A stretch of DNA of 64,000 bases from Patescibacteria group bacterium (lineage in GTDB: Bacteria; Patescibacteriota; Patescibacteriia; Patescibacteriales; JBAZCA01), in NCBI GenBank assembly GCA_041671125.1, contig JBAZCA010000001.1:8120-72119 (forward strand), written 5' to 3'. Below, in pieces: positions 62,304-64,000 of the stretch. The notes below the pieces were generated by a model, which worked only from the letters and a program-made list of their open reading frames with translations, did not search any database and was not told where the DNA came from. The position numbers and the translations under genes were made by a program. The first letter of the stretch is position 1, and each line of letters starts with the position of its first letter.

Positions 62304-63668
62304 ATGACTTTTCATTCTAATACATTTTTGAAGAATTGTCAAATAACCGCCCTTATATCAGCCTCGGCCTTACTTCTGGTTCTTATTTTCCTCAACCTCC
62401 CCGTAATAATAAGCTTTATACTGGCTTTTTTTATCGGCCTAATTCCCTTTTTTCTTTTCCGGCCAATAAGTTTTCTTTACTTCCTTTTTCTCGTTACGCC
62501 GAGTTTAAGAATAATCTCAACCAACGAAATAATATTCAAAAATGATTATTTGGCTATTAATTTTAACGCGATTATTAACTTCTCCATTCTCTTTTTTGGC
62601 TTGGCGCTGTTATTGACAAAATGGAAGGAAGCGGTCTTATTCATAAAAAAATATAAATTCGTTGCCCTGTTCTTCGCTTTTATCGCCCTAGCCTTTCTGA
62701 GCGCGGCTTATTCGGTTGACAGAAATTCCACCCTGGAAGAAATTATCAGAATAACCGGGACGTTTCTCTTACTTCTCTACGGCTATTTAACAGTTAAGGA
62801 TAAAAAAACTTTTAATTTTCTTATTTTCGCCATGCTCGCCGGAGCGGCCATTCCGTCGCTCGCGGGGATTTTCCAGCATATAAACGGGATTGGCTGGTGG
62901 GATAAAACTATCGCGGTTTACCGGATTCAGGGAACATTCCTCCATCCGGCGACTTTTTCCTTTTATCTTCTTTTTCTCCTGCCGGTTATTTACGCGCTTT
63001 TTCAAAATGAAAAAAACCGTTTTAAAAAAGTCGCGTTCTCTGGCCTGGCCGCCGTTTTTATCTTTCTTATCGTCGCTTCCCTTACCCGCGGAGCCTGGGT
63101 CGGGCTTTTAGCCATGATTATAGCTTTCGGAATTTTTATCAACCGTAAAGTCCTTATCGCCTCGGCCGCGATTCTTTTTCTCGCTTATTTATCAGTACCC
63201 GCAATCCAGAGCCGGGTGAATGATGTTTTTGACCCTAAGTATAACAGCTCTTTTTCCATCCGCCGGAAGATTGTTGAAACCACACTGCCGGCTTTTTATA
63301 ATTCCCCGGTTTACGGCTACGGCTTTGGCTCTTTCAGCGTTATCCATGACAGCTATAACGAAGAAGCCCATACCTACGAATCGCTCCAGGCTCATAACGA
63401 CTATTTAAGGGTTTTAATAGAACTAGGCGCCCTCGGTCTCGCCATCTTCCTTAGCCTTTATTTTTTCTTATACAAAACCATCCGCCGCGAGCTCAGTTCA
63501 ACTAATAATCCGGTTATAAAGAATTATTTATTGAGCCTCATCATCCTCTGGGCCGGAGTTCTGGCCGTGTCTTTTGGCGACAACGTCCTCCGGACAATGG
63601 AAGTCCAGTATCTTCTCTGGGTCTATACGGGGGCGGTGCTGGGACTTAAAAAAATCAGCTCAAAATAA
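62304..63668 (+). CDS. O-antigen ligase / Wzy_C-domain membrane protein
   Basis: 454 aa with about 11 TM helices. A periplasmic-loop motif (SLTRGAWVGL) is followed by LQAHNDYLRVLIELGALGLAIFL (H.HN.YL..L.E.G..G). Confidence 0.8.
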   Translation: MTFHSNTFLKNCQITALISASALLLVLIFLNLPVIISFILAFFIGLIPFFLFRPISFLYFLFLVTPSLRIISTNEIIFKNDYLAINFNAIINFSILFFGLALLLTKWKEAVLFIKKYKFVALFFAFIALAFLSAAYSVDRNSTLEEIIRITGTFLLLLYGYLTVKDKKTFNFLIFAMLAGAAIPSLAGIFQHINGIGWWDKTIAVYRIQGTFLHPATFSFYLLFLLPVIYALFQNEKNRFKKVAFSGLAAVFIFLIVASLTRGAWVGLLAMIIAFGIFINRKVLIASAAILFLAYLSVPAIQSRVNDVFDPKYNSSFSIRRKIVETTLPAFYNSPVYGYGFGSFSVIHDSYNEEAHTYESLQAHNDYLRVLIELGALGLAIFLSLYFFLYKTIRRELSSTNNPVIKNYLLSLIILWAGVLAVSFGDNVLRTMEVQYLLWVYTGAVLGLKKISSK

Positions 63669-63702
63669 CGGCGAACTCATCACTTTTAAAACCGGCTAAA
63701 AC

Positions 63703-63725
63703 AAAAAAGCGCCGGTTAAGGCGCT
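63703..63725 (-). terminator. Terminator after the HEPN gene
   Basis: agcgcc ggttaa ggcgct forms the stem-loop. On the minus strand it is followed by ttttttgtttt. Confidence 0.55.
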
Positions 63726-63748
63726 GGTTCAAGCTATAAATTCATACT

Positions 63749-64000
63749 CTAAGACTTTAATTTACTCAATACGAATTCTTTAATTTTTATAGCCGCGCTA
63801 TAAGCATCTTCGGCGTCTTTCCAGGAAAAATCGGGAAAATCGCCTACGTAACGGGTCGCGATGTAATACTGATTTAGCATTGCGGCTTCTTTGCCGATTT
63901 CCTTTACCTGAGGCGCGTCTTTTTCTAAAAACAAAGACAGCTTTATGAGATCGTAAATTTTAACCAATTCCAGATCGAAAAATATGAGTAGCGCTTTTAA
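63749..64000 (-). CDS. HEPN-domain protein, 5'-partial (continues beyond the window)
   Basis: The C-terminal half of a HEPN fold is present: IYDLIKL..EAAMLNQYYIATRYVGDFPDFSWKDAEDAYSAAIKIKEFV (..L..yYi.tRYp..). The frame stays open from the listed TTG (63967) to nt 64000 (LKALLIFFDLEL..). Confidence 0.7.
   Translation of the reverse strand, partial: LKALLIFFDLELVKIYDLIKLSLFLEKDAPQVKEIGKEAAMLNQYYIATRYVGDFPDFSWKDAEDAYSAAIKIKEFVLSKLKS

Overview
The window looks like a streamlined, CPR/Patescibacteria-like bacterial chromosome segment. This is inferred from gene content and style; no rRNA is present to confirm it. The standard genetic code applies: clpB ends in TGA, and TAA and TAG stops are also used.

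Gene content, left to right:
- A giant surface protein of more than 2,920 aa whose 5' end lies outside the window.
- rpmE, prfA and prmC.
- Glycosyltransferases (GT4, WecG/TagA).
- clpB behind a consensus promoter plus a CIRCE operator.
- A 933-aa secreted protein.
- A decayed IS30 transposase fragment, two membrane-anchored GH-A/GH39-like glycosidase paralogs, and tRNA-Ala(CGC).
- An envelope cluster: aminotransferase, FemAB, DegT, transglutaminase-like protein, GT-C-like protein, and a large polytopic membrane protein.
- pyrG, an S41 peptidase, a GT4 and a Wzx-like flippase.
- The alpha ribosomal operon: infA-rpmJ-rpsM-rpsK-rpsD-rpoA-rplQ, then rplM-rpsI.
- alaS, a small coiled-coil protein, and mnmA.
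- A partial dcw cluster: mraZ-rsmH-ftsL-ftsI-murF.
- tsaB.
- A visibly GC-rich island encoding a secreted protein.
- A glycan cluster with two GT4 genes, three tandem radical-SAM/SPASM enzymes and a divergent O-antigen-ligase-like gene.
- A 5'-partial HEPN gene at the right edge.

Most unusual observations:
1. Nearly every intergenic gap carries hairpin-forming inverted repeats built from 7-nt tandem units. The unit sequence differs from locus to locus. The same kind of arrays sit in-frame inside housekeeping genes (prmC, rsmH, tsaB, a GT4, a membrane protein).
2. RpoA has no alpha-CTD. It ends in an acidic linker followed by a canonical AT-hook (KKRGRPKKN).
3. Host genes have near-consensus sigma70 promoters but no Shine-Dalgarno sequences, whereas the GC-rich island gene has a strong GGAGGA.
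4. There is a trio of radical-SAM/SPASM genes with no candidate precursor peptide, embedded in a glycan operon.

All calls come from reading the sequence and the ORF translations. No database search was run.
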